Shown here one piece after another: positions 50,779 to 64,000 of a stretch of DNA of 64,000 nt. Where the stretch lies: NCBI GenBank assembly GCA_051362555.1, contig CM120640.1, positions 57,762,788 through 57,826,787 of the forward strand, given 5' to 3'. The notes beneath the pieces are model-generated. The model was not told where the DNA came from and searched no databases. It saw only the letters and a list, made by a program, of their open reading frames with translations. Positions within the stretch are counted from its first letter, which is position 1. Every line of letters starts with the position of its first letter. Origin of the DNA: Lingula anatina. Lineage: Eukaryota; Animalia; Brachiopoda. The translations under genes and the position numbers were made by a program.

Positions 50779-51155
50779 GTTGCAAAAATAATGTGTGAAG
50801 TGAAAAGATTATTTTTTCTACTTCCAAATAGTAAAGAACCCTGGAAGGTGAAAGTCAAGACGAGCTGGTGCAGACTGCGGAGGTAAAGTTACGTTAATGT
50901 CAATATTAAACTCCACTGGCTCATTTTTGTATGATCTGTTCAATTTAAAAGAAAGTTTTTCGTTTTTCCTTTTGTAATAAAATGAGGAAATTATATCATA
51001 AAACATGAATAAATCAAGAACAAAGGGGGAAATTCCGAGAAAATCCCGATAGCAGGCCACAAGGACCGTGACATGGAACGCACAGATTTCTCTGTCTACA
51101 CAACATGAATTCATATTGATTTGCCGAATTTTTTTGTCTTATCAACACTTTCAGG
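50779..51155. promoter_or_regulatory. Head-to-head TMEM97/importin alpha promoter region
   Basis: TMEM97 ATG at 50778 (-) and a probable non-coding importin exon ending CAG|GTATTG at ~51154 (+); the importin ATG directly follows an acceptor at 52210. Confidence 0.45.
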
Positions 51156-52210
51156 TATTGTCTATACTATTGAATCGTACGGGGGATTATTAACTACTTT
51201 TAATTCATACAAAATATAATTTGCCGTTAGGCGGCGTGATATGTTCTTTAGTTTAGTGAAAACCCTATTTTATTAATATGGAGGATTGAAATCACGCTGT
51301 CAAGAATGTAAAGGTTTGTTCGTTTACTGGAGCATATTTCAGATTTTAACATGTTATATGTAAAGGAGGTTTCTATATTTTTCTTTAATATGCGTGTCAA
51401 GTTACGTGTGATCTCTAAAGATATAGGAAATAGGTGTGGTCTTCCAGTACCATCATGTGTTCATCATCAACTCAAGATGGCCGGCCACCACACTGCCGTC
51501 TGCATGTTTAGATGTAGAAGTAGTACAGTGTAAATGCTGTAGAATCTCACAGATTTATGCTTGACCTCATTGGACTTTCGATGATAGACGGAAAATATAA
51601 GATATTTTATTGAATATGTTTGGTCATTTGTGACTTCACTGGCAATGTCTTTCATTCGAACAGCAATTTAGGGACACCCAATTATAAGTTCTCGTCAGCA
51701 AACCAAATGCAGGTGTATCTCTCTTCAGGCAAGTCCCTTGACATGCCATGTTTGGATTATGCTATAAGCATGCAGTTATGTCTTCCTTACCATGCCTAAC
51801 TTGGTGAATGAGAAAAAAATATGTATTGCACCCTTTTAATGTGTTAGATATTGTATCCTAACAGTATTAATTCCTCCTTAAAAGTGTTCAAAGATCAAAA
51901 GCAGTCTTTTTTTCAAATCCAATTTTTGGATTTTCCTTTTAACATGCAGTTGTCTTTCTTACCTTGCTTTACTTGACCTCATGGTATACTGCACATCATT
52001 GTGTTAGATGTTGTTAGATTGAAAAAAAATATATTATGGCACAGTATAAATATTGCTGTAGAATCAGTTCACATTGTTGGTTAGATAAGGTGCTTGTTTG
52101 TTTTTTCATTTATTCAATTTTTTAAAATTTTCTTGTCCACTTAATCAATTTAACAAAACCTTTGGATATGCCATCAATAAAAATGTCATTTCTGCTCTTT
52201 GTTTTTGAAG

Positions 52211-55200
52211 ATGGCTAGTACAGATCCTGATAAAGCAGAGAAGGCTGCTAATAGTCGCCTCAAATCGTACAAAAATGTAGGCCTTGATTCTCAAGAATTA
52301 CGAAGAAGAAGAGAAGAAGAAGGAGTTCAACTTAGAAAACAAAAAAGAGAAGAACAGGTATGAAAACAACTTCGAGAATCTTTTGGTATAGAATGGTATT
52401 CTATACCTTGTCTTCGGTATGTTCTATCCTTTTTACTGTCTCTTTATATATAAGAAGTAAGATTATGACATGGTTTGACTATCAAGGTCCAAAGCCAAAA
52501 CGGGAAGAGGGCATGCTTTGTGAACAAATTGAGACTTTAAGTGTTATACCAGAAGTACATGATGAAATATCAGTAATGACCTCTTTTAAAATGTTAACCA
52601 AGACAATAACTGATGCTTCAGTGACCCACCTCTGTATGAAGAGGTTATTGAACATCTGTTGAACTTAATGAATAAAGATAGATTTGTTTCAGTCACATAT
52701 ATTGTGGATTTTTTCCAGTTATTCAAAAGGCGTAATGTGTCTGTTCATGAGGACAATGAAGATGATGTTGGTGATATACAAGATCCAATGGTCAGCTCAT
52801 CTCTTGTGGTAAGAGCATAGCTTGTTTTATGCTTAAATGACTTACAAAGAACTATTGAAAACAGTTTAGGCCACTTAATTGGTATTGGTGTATTTTAAAC
52901 TAATCCAATAATTTGTTTTTCACTTTCCTTATATTGGTTAAAATTAATCACAAAGTGAATGACATTGAAGAAACTTAAATTGCTATTATTCAGCTCTTTT
53001 TTCTTCCTTATCGTCAATTTTTTTTTCTGCATACTTTCCGTAGGGGATGACTTGTGTGTTTTATTATTGATAAGCTGTCATAATAAATATCTAATGTAGG
53101 GTGGCATCACACAAGATATGGTACAGGCTTTGTATAGTGAAAGTGTAGAACAACAGCTGCAAGCAACTCAGAAATTTAGAAGACTATTGTCTAGAGGTAA
53201 ATTTAGCATCATTAAAGAAAACAAACCAAATCCATCTTTGAAACTAGTGAATTTTACTTAATGTGTTGGTTTTTCAGTTTATATATTGAATTGATTTACA
53301 TGAAGTATGTTTTGTAATGTATTACTATTTACATGTAGTATGTTTTGTAATATAGAATTGTGAATTGTTATTGGGAATGAATTGCATACCTTGTGAAATG
53401 CCTTTTAAAAATATATTTTAGAGCCTAATCCACCTATAGATGAAGTAATACAAACAGGAATTGTGCCACGTTTTGTGGAATTTCTTAGAAATGATACCAA
53501 TTTTACACTACAGGTATGTTAGATTTTAAACTGATTGATGGTAAATTTAGTTAAATGCATTGGCTTTTGAAAGATATACACATATGTTCAAGTGGACAAA
53601 TGTGTATTTGTAGCAACACAATCGGAGTGAAATGCAACTTTTATCTTTTTAACTGGTGATTAAGGAAGAAGAATATATGTGTGCTTACATGATAGCAGTT
53701 TTACAGTTGATGAAGTTTATAGAAAAGTGTTCTATGGACAAAATATTTTTGTTATTCAGTTTGAAGCAGCTTGGGCACTGACAAATATTGCATCAGGGAC
53801 ATCATTTCAAACGAGAGTTGTGATTGAAGCTGGTGCAGTACCTATTTTTATCAGATTACTTGCATCTGAGTTTGAGGATGTCCAAGAACAGGTAAAACGA
53901 TAGTACTGTTTATTGTGCAGAGTGAAACTTAAAGCAAAAAACATGCCTTTGTATTATGTTTTGCTAAGGTACATGTATATAACATGGGGAATACAGTTTT
54001 GAGAGATTTTATGCTGCCTAAACAATGAAATGTTTACTCCATTTTTTGTCTCTGGGGAACAAACATTGTTTTATGTGGTAAGTTATATTAAATTGTTTCA
54101 AGTTCAATTCCCTGATATAGATGTTATGGGTAACCATATGATGGATTAATATTGGATTGGTAGTATATGTGTAACTTTATCTTTTAGGCTGTATGGGCTT
54201 TAGGAAATATTGCAGGAGACAGCCCAGAATGTAGGGACTATGTTTTAAATGAAAGTATTTTAGTCCCTCTTTTACAGTAAGTAAATATCCATATTTTGTT
54301 GTTTGAATTAAGAATTTGGATATCTGGTAGTCTGATCAAATGCTTATCAAATGTTGTTTAGTAAGGTAAATTGAATTATTGATTTTAAAAAAGTTTCACT
54401 TTGATAGGAAACCAGCTTTTATAGTAGTCAGTTGGTTTATATTATTAACTGAAAGTTTTCTGAGGACATGATTACATTTTTCTTCATAAGTGTTAATTGT
54501 TACATGGTGTATGTATTTCAGGTTGTTGAGTAAATCCACCCGTCTAACAATGACAAGAAATGCTGTATGGTGCTTATCCAATCTCTGCCGTGGCAAAAAT
54601 CCTCCTCCTGAATTTACAAAAGTATGTGTGCTTATAGATATTATCTGGTTTAATGTTCTATTATAGTAAATGTCATTGAAAACCTGGGTATCCACTTCAT
54701 ATATTGAAGTTTCTGTTCAAAGTATCTAGCAAGTTTTGATTTTATCCACTATTGGCTTCAAGGCTATAAATGGAACAATTTGAAACTCTAAATCATTTTG
54801 ACTGTTTTAAATGACCATAATACTTTTGTCTTACCATGTTTTTAACATCAATTAGGAACCAGTACAAACCTGTCAATTTCTTCCCAGGTTTCCCCTGCAT
54901 TACCAGTGTTAGCCAGGCTTTTGTTTCACAATGATGCTGATGTGTTAGCAGATGCCTGTTGGGCCCTGTCTTACCTATCAGATGGGCCAAATGAGAAAAT
55001 TCAAGCTGTTATAGATTCTGGGGTTTGCAGGCGGTTGGTGGAACTTTTAATGTAAGTTTTGGTATTTAATCTGTTGTATGAAATTAAAAAAATAAATGCA
55101 CAATTCACTCAGTTTTCAATATAGAATAAAACTTAACGCCATTTAATATTTATTGTGTTTTGGTCATAGGGTGGGAAATTGACAAGCAATTTCAACATTG

Positions 55201-56892
55201 CTGTCAGTTTAAAAATCTGAGCAAGTAAAAAGGCAGCTAATCAGACATCTTCATTTCAGGCATAACCAACAGAGTGTGGTTTCTGCAGGACTGAGAGCTG
55301 TAGGCAATATTGTAACAGGAGATGATGTGCAAACACAGGTAGAGTGGACAAGGTCTCAGTTGTGCTAAATATATTTGTCCAAATATATGCTAGTTACCGT
55401 TTAAGTTTTTCAGTTTAAAGAACTATAATGTGTGAAGTGCTGTGATAGTAGTAGTAGAAATGTTGATTGTGTAATTAATTATTTTTTTAATCAAGGTTTC
55501 TCTCATTCCAGATAATTTTAAATTGTTCAGCATTGCCCTGTTTATTACATTTGCTTGGCAGTTCAAAAGAATCTATTCGCAAAGAAGCATGCTGGACAAT
55601 CTCCAACATTACTGCTGGGAATAGAGCACAGATACAGGCAAGTTTCGTTGATGTTTAGCATTGATTGAAATGTTTCAAGTTCAATTTCCCATTCTGCTAA
55701 GTTAAACATAAGAACTTCAAAAATGGACTGCACATGCTTGTTTGATTTTCTTCTATTTAAACAATTTGTGATTAAGTTGTCATTGAAATCTCATGTAAGG
55801 TGGAATAGAAGCATATAAACATTTACGTGTCTATTGTTTTTGTTTTCAGGCAGTTATTGATGCCAATATCTTCCCAGTTCTGATAGAAATACTGGGCAAG
55901 GCTGAATTTAAGACAAGGAAAGAAGCAGCATGGGCCATCACGAATGCCACATCAGGAGGAACACCAGAACAAATAAAGTACAAACTTTAGGCTGTTTAAC
56001 AAAACAGTCTCTACAAAACTGATTAATTACAAAAGTTAATAATTCACATGCTTTTAATTTTGTTATTGGAAAATCACCATTAAAATGATGCCTTTCAAAC
56101 ATACTCACTGATTTAACCCAGTATCAGGGATTTTTTTATGCTTAAAAAGAATTGTAATCAAATAACAAGTATTTTTTCCACTTTATAACGGGTACTGTTT
56201 AACTTTCCACATTATATATAACTTGAATTTAGTGTATCAGTCTGTTGATTATAACTTTTTATTTCCCAATATTACTTGCAATGATTGCTGTTTTAAGATA
56301 AAAATGACCATGTTTGGCTTCAGGTTCTTAGTGCAGTCTGGTTGTATTCCGCCACTGTGTGATTTGTTGACAGTCATGGATGTGAAGATAGTACAAGTAG
56401 CACTAAATGGTTTGGAAAATATCCTCAAACTTGGAGAGCAGTATGCCAAACAGCTGGGAGGGGCTAATCCCTATGCCGTGATGATTGAGGAATGTTATGG
56501 TATGGAAAAACATTATACGCAACATTGTTTTCATAGTAAAATAAGTGGAGATTATAGAATTGCATATTCATGATGTACAGAATTGGAAATTATGGATTTC
56601 AAAACCCAGGAGAAATATATTTTGTAACTGAAAGATATTTGTGGTTAATGTGGCGATGCAGTGTTAATTAGAATACGCCTATTTTTTGCCTTTTGTTCCA
56701 GGTTTAGACAAGATCGAGTTTCTCCAGAGTCATGAAAATCAAGAAGTTTACCAAAAGGCTTTTGAGATAATAGAAAAATACTTCGGCACTGAAGAAGAAG
56801 ATAAAACTTTAGCCCCACAAGTTGATGAAAATGCTCAACAGTTTCAGTTCAATGGAGGACAAAATGCACCCCAGGGTGGCTTTGAATTTTGA
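52211..56892 (+). CDS. Importin subunit alpha, alpha-1 clade (KPNA1/5/6-like)
   Basis: 13 coding exons from 52211; IBB domain [37 protein letters not shown] repeats ([35 protein letters not shown]), [13 protein letters not shown]; one GC donor at 55638; AATAAA at 58206. Confidence 0.95.
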
Positions 56893-59177
56893 GGATTTAA
56901 CATGCTTTCTCCTGTTCAGATTTGAGGATGCTGTGCTACTAGTCAAGTCTGGCTGTCCTTTTAAGTCTTTTAAAAAGTTTTTCCAAATTTAAAAGGCACA
57001 TTTGTACTCTGAGATATGGGGCATAATGCTGCTAGCTGTTGTCTGGTTAGAGAATATGAAACGGTGTCACTTCTGAAGATTATTAAGTAAACATTGTTTG
57101 AAATATTGCCATCATCTAAGTTGTAAACAGCATAGAAAAAAATATTTATTTTGTTGGTCTTTCTGTAAAATTGAAGTGTAATATAAATATTATACTGAAT
57201 AAGTCGCTTCGCTTTATTGTTAACAGTGGCCAAGTCAAGACTGATGAGGTCTAATACTGATGAAGAAATTTGCTTTATCGCTGTAGGTAACTTTCCAGTT
57301 TATCTATTCTTGGAAACACCACTGACATCGAGTCTGATATAAGCTTAAAATGTTAAGTTGTTCTGATGTTGCTCCACAGATTGTCTATTTTGTTTCATAA
57401 AAAACTCCCAATTGTTTGTGTTGGCTGGTTTCCTGCCAAAATCTCAAACATCTTGTGTGTGCATTCAACTTGAGCATAGTGGTGGCAACAATCAAAAATT
57501 GCCACTTTAAGCTTCCAAATGTAGTGGCAGTACAGGTAAAATGAAATGACATATTTACGCATGTGAAAATACTTAGTATTGCATATTGCTGTCAAGGTTA
57601 AATGATCAAGCTTATAGTTAACACTCAGTTGTGCTTTACTTCATGGGCTTGGGGTGGGGAATGCAGCTGGAGTCATTCCATGAAAAATTGTCATTTGAGA
57701 CTAATGGGTTATTTTGTGTAATATGTTCACAATTTTGACTTGCTCCACTATTTTCACAGTTTTAGTAGCCTCTAATATAAAAAGAAATCAATAGTAATCA
57801 AAAGGAGGCATAAAACACAAAATATGTGAATCACAGATATGACCCAGATGTTCAGTTTTTTATGGTATGACCCACTGATGTGATAAAAGAATTGTTAATG
57901 AGTGCATGCAACCAAGTTATCAGGCTGTTTGTTTTCAAGTAGTGGAGGATGTGGCTTTAAATGCCTTCCTTTTACAGGATATCAGAAATTTGGATACAAG
58001 GTACAGATTCTACTATTATTACCCTTTGTGACACATTCATGTCAAACAATGCCAAACAACTGAAATTGAGAACTCACCGAATGTAACATGTACATAAACA
58101 CACTTGCTTACATTCATGTACATAAAAACTTTTGTACAGAAATCAAAGCCACACGATATTGATCAACTACAAGGTTAAATATTGTGTAAAACTTGGCTCT
58201 TTTCCAATAAAAATTAAAGAACATTTGTTCTTATTGTCATTTTATTAATTTTTTATTTTGTCATCACAGCGCAATCACGGCTCTTATTTATTTCATCTTT
58301 ATTTATTGTACAGCAACAATGCCATCAACACAGTCATGCATCTGCTGGTGTCAACAGCTGTAGCCAGAATGAGGTTCACATTTCTTGTTACTGACATAAA
58401 TGAGAAGCAATGCTTCAAACTCGGCACTTACTACTTTAAGACAGCTCACCTTCAAATATAGTCATTTACTCCTTATTGAAAGGATAAACAAAAAAAATTT
58501 GTTTGCTCAACACTAGGGTAGAATATATTAGGGAGACTCCTTGGCACATGTTTAGATAAAGATATGTAGTAACTTGTTTTCTTGCACATTTTATGGGGAC
58601 AACTGGACGCTGTTTAGCATTTGCCTGTTAAATAACTCCAAGACAAATTGTTTAAGATTTTATTAATAACATTTTAACAGTATAAAGTTTTCATTAAAAA
58701 AACTACATTGTTATATTGTATTCAATTTTACCATGAATCAACAAGTTAAACAAAATATAATTTTCTAAATATCTAGGTTAATTGATATCTTTATCAAATT
58801 GCAACTAAATAGTGAAAGATGCATTAGGCAGAAATAAAACAAATACAAAAAATACTGTTTTTAAAATAAAGACCTTCTAAATGTCCTTGAAACAACCTGT
58901 TTCATCCATTAAAGATGTCACATAAATTTATGATTTCTGAGTTGAAACCATCAACGAATAATTTTTCAATTGCTACAATCATTTCTCATAAAAATAAAAG
59001 GTGAGCTGACAGCACCATCACTGTCAAATCCAACTGCAGTCAAATTATAAGACTAATGTCCCACTGAAATTCCTGCAGTTCATTTCTATTTCCCACTCTA
59101 CATGCAAGAGTATAAAGCATGGTCAGGGCTATCCATCACAAGTCAGAAAGTTGGCAGTCTGATCATACCAACTTAGT

Positions 59178-62100
59178 TCAGACCTTGGGTCTGTGCTCTT
59201 TGCTAAAGATACAGTTTCTTCTGAACCACCATAGGTGACTGATGTGGCTTCAGCTCCAGAGTAAAGCAAATCACTGAAATCAACCATTACATCTTAAAAG
59301 TAAAAGCATCAGTGTTCTTTCATTTTTTACATAATTCAGTATTTATTGTGGCATTGATGTACAAATACGACTGGATGAACACAAATAGAGGCTCCTGTTT
59401 TAAACTGTCCTTACCTCTCCTCACTCTGTATCTCTATAATCCCTTGATCTATCAAAGACTGGTACGCATATGGCTTAGGTTGACCAGGGCAAGGAACGTG
59501 TGTGTATAATTCTATACTGGCTGGGAAACCATGGGCCTATATATTCAATAAACATAAGTAAGATCACCCCTGAAGTCATGACAAGTTGTTTTAAAATTCT
59601 TCAAAAATATTCATTGTTAAACCTTCTGTTTAAACCTTTGGTCTTTAAAGCTGATGACAACAGGCTTAAAATTGTTGTGATCTACATGAAAGTTTTTACA
59701 TATTTTTAAGCATACTCCAAGTTTATGTATATGAAATACAATGTAATTTATATTTCATTTTATCTTCAAACTGATTCAAACTTACCTTTACAACAGCAAC
59801 CTTGACACTGTCCCCAAGTTCATTAGAAATCAGCTGTACATCTTCTAAAGTTGCAGCATGTATAGAGTGAGAAATCAAGCCCTCAATCTTTACAGGGGCT
59901 GCCTGAGCAGGGAGACTGAGAAATTCTTCTGGGATATGACGTAATCTGAAACATTAGACAAAGATGAACAAATATATACATATTTGGCAAACAAGTTGGG
60001 TTCCAGAACATTCTCATATCACTCCCTTTTAGTCAACCCCTTGGATTCACATGTTCATTGGAAAGGAATTAGACACCACCAACTTAATACAAGATACTGG
60101 AGTATACTTCCTTAGGTGCCCAAACTACAAAATAGTGCAACAATCAAGTTGCCGTTCAAATTTATCTTATTTCAGCTATCAGGGGGAAAATTGATAACGA
60201 GAAAAAATATTGCCACAACAAGCAATGTCTGACCTTTCCTTTGGTACGATTTCTTTGTTCCCATAATCCACATAGAGCACTGCAGCTTCACAGATCTCCT
60301 CCACCTTAATAACTAAGCCCCTGTACCAGCAGCCATCAGCAGTGAACTGGGCCACACAAGCCATACCTGCCAAAAGCCAAAACAGACCTTCAGCACTTCC
60401 AATAAAATAAATCTCACTACACAAAACAGTTTTATTTAGAATTGTAATTTGACTCAATTAAAAAATAATAATAATAAAATCACAACATTCATTTTCCATT
60501 CCCAAAAGAAGAACTGGCAAATAAACATTTGCAACATTTCACTCACCCTCACTGATAGTCTCTACTGAAGGATAGTTCTCAGCTGAAGCATTCAGCTCCA
60601 TGGTTATGCTGAGGAGGGCCTCCAGCTGTTGGTTTGCTAGGTACACCTTGGGGTCCTCTGTCTCTTCCACATGGCACTTCTGGATGTACATCTTAAAAGA
60701 AACATTTAATTCCAATATTCATCAGAAGAAAACCTTATGAAAGAAGAACTTTTTAATTTCACCTTACCAAAAATGATTGACTTTAAGCGATGAATTTATG
60801 CCAACTTTCAACTTTAACTTTTTTGTTCATTATGAGAATAAGTACCTTAGTAAAACCCTTTTTACCTGTCATTTTTAGACTAGAAATATCATTATCATAA
60901 CTATTTATTCTCAATACAACTGAATTAAAATTTTCTTACTCACATGTTCAACAGATAATGCTTCCATTGATTCTCACCTTATCAACTGCATCCACCTGTG
61001 TGACAATTGCTGTAAAAAGTTCATTCACAGCTGGAAGTTCTAGTGGTGTGTAAGGTCCCAAATCCTCTCTCTAACAAATACATCATTTATCAGCCATTAT
61101 CAAAATAAAAGATTTCTGAATAAAAACAAACTGTCTAAAAGTGTAAGTATGCCTCAGTCTAATAAGTATTAAAATTGCATTCTAAGTGCTAAAAGGACAG
61201 GTCTTGCCACAAGGTAAATATCCCATTTAAAAAGCATAAGAAAATAAGTATAATATTGTTATAAAAGGAGTAACTGTTGGGGCTTAAGAGCATGAAACCT
61301 GAAAGAACACCTGTTCAACTTCTTCAGATGTCACAGGCAGTGCATGCTGATCTTCATATCTGACAGCTATGTCTAAGAATAGCAGTATTTGTTCCAAGTG
61401 TCTGTCATCCGATGTTGTTATTGACACTGCCAATGGTTCACCTTCTTTTGGCTTCATCTAAGAATAACAGACATATGCAAAACAAACTCAACTAAAAACT
61501 AGACAGCAAAACTTGAAAATATACAGACACCATACAGAACAAGACAGCAAAGCTGTCAAATGTTCAAACATTACACAGAAAAAAGTGCACAAAATAATGT
61601 TTTGGACAATTTTGATGTACTGTTATATAGTGCTTTAAAATAGCATAATCACCTTTACCCTCTTACATTATGTACTACAGGTAACATGGACATTGCAAAA
61701 ATAACAATTGATTCAGTTCCATGGGATATATAAAACACTGAAAGTCCCAATGTGGGAAAAATGAAAATTTCACACACAAAGAAACAATAATTACCGTAAA
61801 TGTAAACCAATCATGCTGATTTTCAAAAGAAACCTGCCAATTCACCAAACAAAGCCACTGAGTAAATTTAAATAGAGTTTGGAAGTTATTGAGCCAACAT
61901 CAGCAAAATTGTGCAAAAAAAAAAAAAAAATAATAATAATAATAATAATAATAATTACCGTGAATGTAAACCAATCATGCCAATTTCCGAAAGCAACCTG
62001 CCTCTTTACCTAACAAAGCCCCTCAGTAAATTTACAGTAAAACAAAAATACCGTTGGGAAATTATTAGACGAATATCAACAAAATTGTGCAAAAAAACAG

Positions 62101-63423
62101 AATAATTACCAAACAAAGCCCCTCAGTAAATTTAATGTAAATCAAAAATATGGTTTGGCAGTTATGGGATGAAAGTCGTGTTGGACAGCGACAGACCAAT
62201 CAAAATATATACAGACACTCATAGTGTCTGTATATAAAAACTGTTTGGTTCTTTTTACCAATTGTGTTACAATGAACAAATCTTAAGAATTATTAATTAA
62301 TAATATATCAACTTCAAAGAAAAGAAATACACAATTATCAAATGTTCCAACCTGTAACTCCATGATACAGGACACCCCTACTATGGTGTCATGGATGAAC
62401 TCTGTAAATGACTTAGTCCAATGGCCATCTGCTGTATTCTAGCAAAAAAAAAAAAAAAAATGCTCAGAGACATCTCAATATTCAGATTAAATAAAAACAA
62501 GTTTTATAATTTTTTTCAGTCTGTTAATGTTTGAGATTTAAGGGAATTGTAACCCTTTATCATCATCCAGATACCAAAAATGAGTTTTTTCCTGCATCTA
62601 ATTATTCAATAATGCATTTATCTTTGTGTTGATTTAAAACAATAACCCCCCCTCAAAAATATAAACATCAGTGTTTATATTTCTTGTTGCAATGTATAAG
62701 CATAGGCAACTCAAAGCTTTTATCATCAATTTAATACCTTTCTATTTCGAAGTGAGATAGCAATCGGTATGGGGTAACTTCATCCTTGAACAAGATTTTA
62801 TCACGAAAATTGGCAGGGTTGACCACAAGTGTATGAACTACAATCCTGTGCCATCTTGGTTTATATGTTTTTGTTATGGAGTTATGAGCCCCTTATTGCA
62901 GATTTTCATTAACAAAGGCATTATTTTGGTTTATTGATGATAAAATCTGAACCAAGACTTCTAAAAAAAACACTGGCAGGGTTTTGAGTACTAAATGGTA
63001 TCATTAAATCCGCATTGAAATGGTGATCGTAAGTGCTCAGGTAAAGGAGAAATTTGAAAAACCAATTTTTCAGTTTTTACCCTAAAATTGCAATTATGAT
63101 GTCATCCCTAAAATGACATAATTATGACATTGTGTAAATGTTAATTAACTTAGTCACTGAACACTGAAGAATTATCTATTACCCAAAAGAATGTATATAA
63201 GGCAGTAAATAAGTAGTTTTGGGTGTGGGGTGACAACAATATCTTGAAATGGGTGTGATCCAATAAACGAAATATATAATAAGAGTTGGACAATTTTTCT
63301 TACTGGTTTGATCCCAAATAAAATGCACTCCAGGCACTGCTGAGGAATCTGAGTCAAAATGACATCACTCCTTAAATTTTCAGGCAATACATACTCATTG
63401 TTGCCAAAGTCGATGTAGTGGAC
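59178..63423 (-). CDS. Multi-Tudor-domain protein (RNF17/TDRD-like), 3' exons; 5' end beyond the window
   Basis: Exons ~63423-63304, 62438-62352, 61459-61310, 61071-60978, 60690-60545, 60368-60234, 59945-59785, 59536-59411(15), possibly 59273-59178. Extended-Tudor motifs VHYIDFGNNE and CVAQFTADGCWYRG...YVDYGNKE. Confidence 0.8.
61498..62240 (+). mobile_element. Divergent HINE-like element
   Basis: ACAAGACAGCAAAGCTGTCAAATG start at ~61540, ~160-bp units, 3' hairpin TATACAGACACT-cat-AGTGTCTGTATA plus A-run. Confidence 0.65.
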
Positions 63424-64000
63424 CTAAAAGGAAAATATTGTATACGGTAATATGCCAAACAATTCGACCAAGATTAATTAATTAATTTCATGGAAATGTC
63501 AGTTTGGTCGAATTGATTAAAATACAGCAAATGGAAACCTTTGATATCGTCGGATTGTTAGGGGCATCTGCCAAAACGTCCATCTTTCCAGAAGTATTGC
63601 ATTTTACCGGAAGTGTTACGCAAGATAAGCCGCAATTTTCGCCTAACACGTGTTTCAGGCATTTTTTATCCTCCTTCTGAAATCTTATTTTGCTGTGTAC
63701 AATATGTACTAACATTACTTAACATTACAAAAGACGACAATTATAATTTCTAATTATATATTTCCCTCACATACGATCATTTCCATGATGCGCTTCACGT
63801 ACAAGTGGGACGAGTATTTCCCCGGAGACAGGTGTTGTAAACAAAGGCCAGTCACTTATATTTGAAACCGGTAGCTTTAGTGGACTTAAACTAGTTATTT
63901 GAATTTTAATATGACAACTGAAATCAACCGAATTGAATTTTTTTACCAGTCTGAGATCAGTTGTTTTCAACCCGGCTTGCTCAGCGTCGAGGCGTAGACG

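Noticed and set aside
57240-57275. CTGATGA...GAAA hammerhead-like core in the importin 3' UTR
   Set aside because: No convincing stems I-III.
63440-64000. Possible DNA transposon end with a hairpin
   Set aside because: Truncated by the window edge; no second terminus or coding evidence.

Overview
AT-rich, intron-rich animal genomic DNA; the repeat content suggests a lophotrochozoan/mollusc-like invertebrate (inference). Genes in order: 5' part of a class I myosin (-), complete ACAD10 (-), DPH1 (+), a TMEM97/sigma-2 receptor cluster (-; one complete copy, one exon2+3 pair without its own exon 1, one complete copy), importin alpha of the KPNA1/5/6 clade (+), and the 3' part of a Tudor-domain gene (-). 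A ~15 kb transposon nest (Helentron-like tandem-repeat elements, Gypsy fragments, a hAT with a 5-bp TSD, MITEs) separates two TMEM97 modules. The main observation, only partly visible in the ORF track, is in ACAD10. It carries two duplicated exon pairs: mutually exclusive 166-nt exons 6a/6b, both with GC donors, and alternative last exons ending in SKL or SKM. It also has a ~67-nt antisense copy of the exon 6a branch point/acceptor/exon start in intron 2, whose exonic differences are G-U compatible only on the transcribed strand. One gene may therefore make both ACAD10-like and ACAD11-like enzymes under RNA-structure control. All exon models were derived by eye and need RNA-seq confirmation.
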